Source: Nitrosopumilus sp.
GTDB taxonomy: Archaea > Thermoproteota > Nitrososphaeria > Nitrososphaerales > Nitrosopumilaceae
NCBI GenBank assembly: GCA_965205215.1
Contig: OZ242041.1
Location: 1,152,001-1,216,000, forward strand
Direction of reading: 5' to 3'
DNA length: 64,000 nucleotides
How positions within the stretch are numbered: position 1 is the stretch's first letter; every line of letters starts with the position of its first letter. Both the position numbers and the translations under genes were made by a program. The notes under the pieces are model-generated. The model was not told the origin of the DNA. It made no database searches and was given only the letters and a program-made list of their open reading frames with translations. Positions 61,612 to 64,000 of this stretch are shown here, piece after piece.

Positions 61612-64000
61612 TTGGCTGTAGTGCCGCTCATTGCGGTCGCGGCGGCCGGCTCTGCGCCGTACGGGGGGACGGATCTGCCTGCGACGGGCGAGGCGTACCC
61701 CGGGACGGGGCTGCCGGGTGCCGCCGGCGCCTGGCCGGAGCCGGGACCGGCTGCACCGGCAGGCCTGCTGGGCCATGCCCATGCCGAACCGTCCCAGCCC
61801 GTGACTGGCAGGCTGGTTCCGGTGTCATCCGTCTGGGACGGCGCCGACGGCTTTACGGCGCTTGACGGCCCGCGCAGCGCGGCCGCCTTCCAGATAGGCC
61901 GGGGCACGTACGTGGCAGTAGCCTCGCAGGGGGACGGGATACAGATAATCGACGTCACCGATCCGGCCAACCCGGCGGCGGCCGCGTCCTTCATGGACAG
62001 CAGCATCCGCGAGCTGGCCGGCGCGCGCGCCATAGAGGCATTCGAGACCGGCGGCAGGACGTACGCCATCGTCGCGGGGTTCTCCGACGACGGCGTCCAG
62101 ATAGTCGATGTCAGCGACCCGCGCCGGCCGGTTGCGGCGGGGCACATCGGCGCCGCCGATCTGCGGGAGTTTGACGGCCCGTCCGACGTCGCAGTCTTCA
62201 GGGCCGGCGGCGGCCTCTACGCCGCCGTTACGACGTCGCAGAGCAACACAGTCCAGATCATCGACATCGCCGACCCGCTCAACCCCGCCCCGGCGGGGCG
62301 CGTGCAGGACGACCAGCACCTGGAGCTTAACGGGGCGTCGGGCGTCGACACGTTTGAGACGGGAGGCGGCGTGTATGCAATCGCCGTAGGATACCGGGAC
62401 AACGGCGTGCAGATAGTCAACGTCACCGACCCCCATGCCCCGGCCGCGGCGGGCTCGCTGGCGGACAGCGCCAGCCTGGAGCTGCACCACGCCTTTGACG
62501 TTGAAACGTTCGAGTCCGGAGGCGACGTGTACGCGGCCGTGGCGGGGTACGAAGACTACGGCATACAGGTCATCAACGTCACCGACCCGCTCAACCCCGC
62601 CCCGGCGGGGCGCGTCACCACCAGGGCGGGCGGGGGCGAGTTCAGCCGCGTGGTCCAGATTGATCTCTTTGAGGCCGGCGGCGCCACGTACGCGGTCGCC
62701 CCGGCGTACCAGTTTGGCAGCATACACCTGGTGGATCTTGCCGACCCGCACAACCCCGCCGACCTGGCGCACATCCGGCCTTCCGGGTACTCCACCGGGT
62801 ACGGCATCGAGGTCTTTGAGGCCGGCGGCGGCCTGTACGCAATCTACACGGAACTCACCTCGGACAACGCGCACATCCTGCGCATCTCCCTGTCCGTCGA
62901 CCGGCCGCCCCGGCTCGTCCCCAACCCGCCGCTGCCGGCGTCAATCCAGGCCGGCTCGGCCTACGAGGACGCCGGGGCCGCCTGCGTCGACGAGGTGGAC
63001 GGGGACCTTACCGGCCAGATACGCGCCACCTCGACGGTCGACCCGGCCCTGCCGGGCGACTACACCGTCACCTACGCTTGCGCCGACTCGGCGGGCAACG
63101 AGGCCGTAGCCACCCGGACCGTGACCGTGACAGGCCCCGTCCCGGCCACGCCCCCCGCCGGCGCCCCGGCCATCACCGTAGTCGGCGCCAACCCCGCCGA
63201 GGTGGCCGTCGGGGGCGCATACGCCGACGCGGGCGCCACGTGTGCCGACGAGGCCGACGGGGACCTGACCGGCTCCATCAGAACCACGTCATACGTCAAC
63301 GTCCATGCCCACGGCAACTACACCGTCACCTATTCGTGCGCCGACTCGGCGGGCAACGAGGCCGTAGCCACCCGGACGGTGTCCGTGATCGACGCGGACG
63401 CCCCGCGCATAGCCCTGCTCGGCAACTCCGCGGTCAGGATGTACGCCGGGGACGCCTACGCCGACGCGGGGGCTACCTGCATCGACAGGGTGGAGGGCGA
63501 CCTCTCAGACTATGTTGCGGCCGCCGGCAACGTGGACACCGCCGCCGCCGGGCGGTACGCGGTAACATACACCTGCGCCGACTCGGCGGGCAACGAGGCC
63601 GCCGCGACCCGGACGGTGCTCGTGCTCGATCCCACCTACCTTATCGCCGACGGGGTGGGAGGCTATACCGAGCTGGAAGGCGCAAGCGGCGTGGCCGTCT
63701 TTGAGAGGGGCGGCAGCACCTACGCGATAGTCGCCGCGGCCGTCGACGACGGCGTCCAGGTGATAGACGTCACAGACCCGAACCGGCCCGCGGCGGCCGG
63801 CAGCATCCCGGACGGCCCCGAACTGGAGCTTGACGGCGCCTCCGGCGTGGCCGTCTTTGAGAGGGGCGGCAGCACCTACGCGATAGTCGCCGCGTACGGC
63901 GACGACGGCGTCCAGGTGATAAACGTCACAGACCCGAACCGGCCCGCGGCGGCCGGCAGCATCTCGGACGGCCCCGAACTGGAGCTTGACGGCGCCTCCG
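61612..64000 (+). CDS. Large surface protein with LVIVD-type propeller repeats and Ig-like (DUF5011-like) repeats; runs off the window
   Basis: Frame reads open from ~61555 to the end; GIQIIDVTDPANP, GVQIVDVSDP, YEDAGAACVDEVDGDL..YTVTYACADSAGN; start uncertain. Confidence 0.85.
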   Translation, partial: MAVVPLIAVAAAGSAPYGGTDLPATGEAYPGTGLPGAAGAWPEPGPAAPAGLLGHAHAEPSQPVTGRLVPVSSVWDGADGFTALDGPRSAAAFQIGRGTYVAVASQGDGIQIIDVTDPANPAAAASFMDSSIRELAGARAIEAFETGGRTYAIVAGFSDDGVQIVDVSDPRRPVAAGHIGAADLREFDGPSDVAVFRAGGGLYAAVTTSQSNTVQIIDIADPLNPAPAGRVQDDQHLELNGASGVDTFETGGGVYAIAVGYRDNGVQIVNVTDPHAPAAAGSLADSASLELHHAFDVETFESGGDVYAAVAGYEDYGIQVINVTDPLNPAPAGRVTTRAGGGEFSRVVQIDLFEAGGATYAVAPAYQFGSIHLVDLADPHNPADLAHIRPSGYSTGYGIEVFEAGGGLYAIYTELTSDNAHILRISLSVDRPPRLVPNPPLPASIQAGSAYEDAGAACVDEVDGDLTGQIRATSTVDPALPGDYTVTYACADSAGNEAVATRTVTVTGPVPATPPAGAPAITVVGANPAEVAVGGAYADAGATCADEADGDLTGSIRTTSYVNVHAHGNYTVTYSCADSAGNEAVATRTVSVIDADAPRIALLGNSAVRMYAGDAYADAGATCIDRVEGDLSDYVAAAGNVDTAAAGRYAVTYTCADSAGNEAAATRTVLVLDPTYLIADGVGGYTELEGASGVAVFERGGSTYAIVAAAVDDGVQVIDVTDPNRPAAAGSIPDGPELELDGASGVAVFERGGSTYAIVAAYGDDGVQVINVTDPNRPAAAGSISDGPELELDGAS
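63688..64000 (+). repeat. Near-identical 156-bp (52-aa) tandem repeat units
   Basis: GGCGTGGCCGTCTTTGAGAGGGGCGGCAGCACCTACGCGATAGTCGCCGCG at 63688 and 63844. Confidence 0.9.

Noticed and set aside
62900-64000. CRISPR array
   Set aside because: Repeats are in-frame protein domain repeats with no unique spacers, and there are no cas genes

Overview
High-GC archaeal chromosome segment. Gene content (TFB, SRP54, class I LysRS, Elp3, Pus10, Dph6, aIF1/SUI1, S24e/S27ae, XPB-Bax1, CofG/CofH, archaeal shikimate genes, a thaumarchaeal 'IPxW..WW..G.I.D' C-terminal domain) points to a Nitrososphaerota/Nitrosopumilaceae (Cenarchaeum-like) genome. A host-associated (e.g. sponge) lifestyle is inferred only from the LVIVD/Ig-repeat surface protein and high GC. 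Most of the window is core housekeeping. Accessory or unusual parts: (i) an AT-richer island (~10.2-13.9 kb) with an RHH regulator, a palindromic operator, a mosaic DNA methyltransferase-HNH nuclease fusion and a secreted ComEC-like MBL hydrolase; (ii) an intact IS5-family element with perfect 18-bp IRs and an 8-bp TSD; (iii) a TFB gene followed by a chimeric, headless duplicate of its cyclin core, one base out of frame; (iv) purM with no in-frame canonical start upstream of its conserved N-terminal motif; (v) several unannotated microproteins; (vi) low-complexity trinucleotide-repeat insertions in many conserved enzymes. All calls come from reading the sequence and recognising motifs; no searches were run, and many start codons are estimates.
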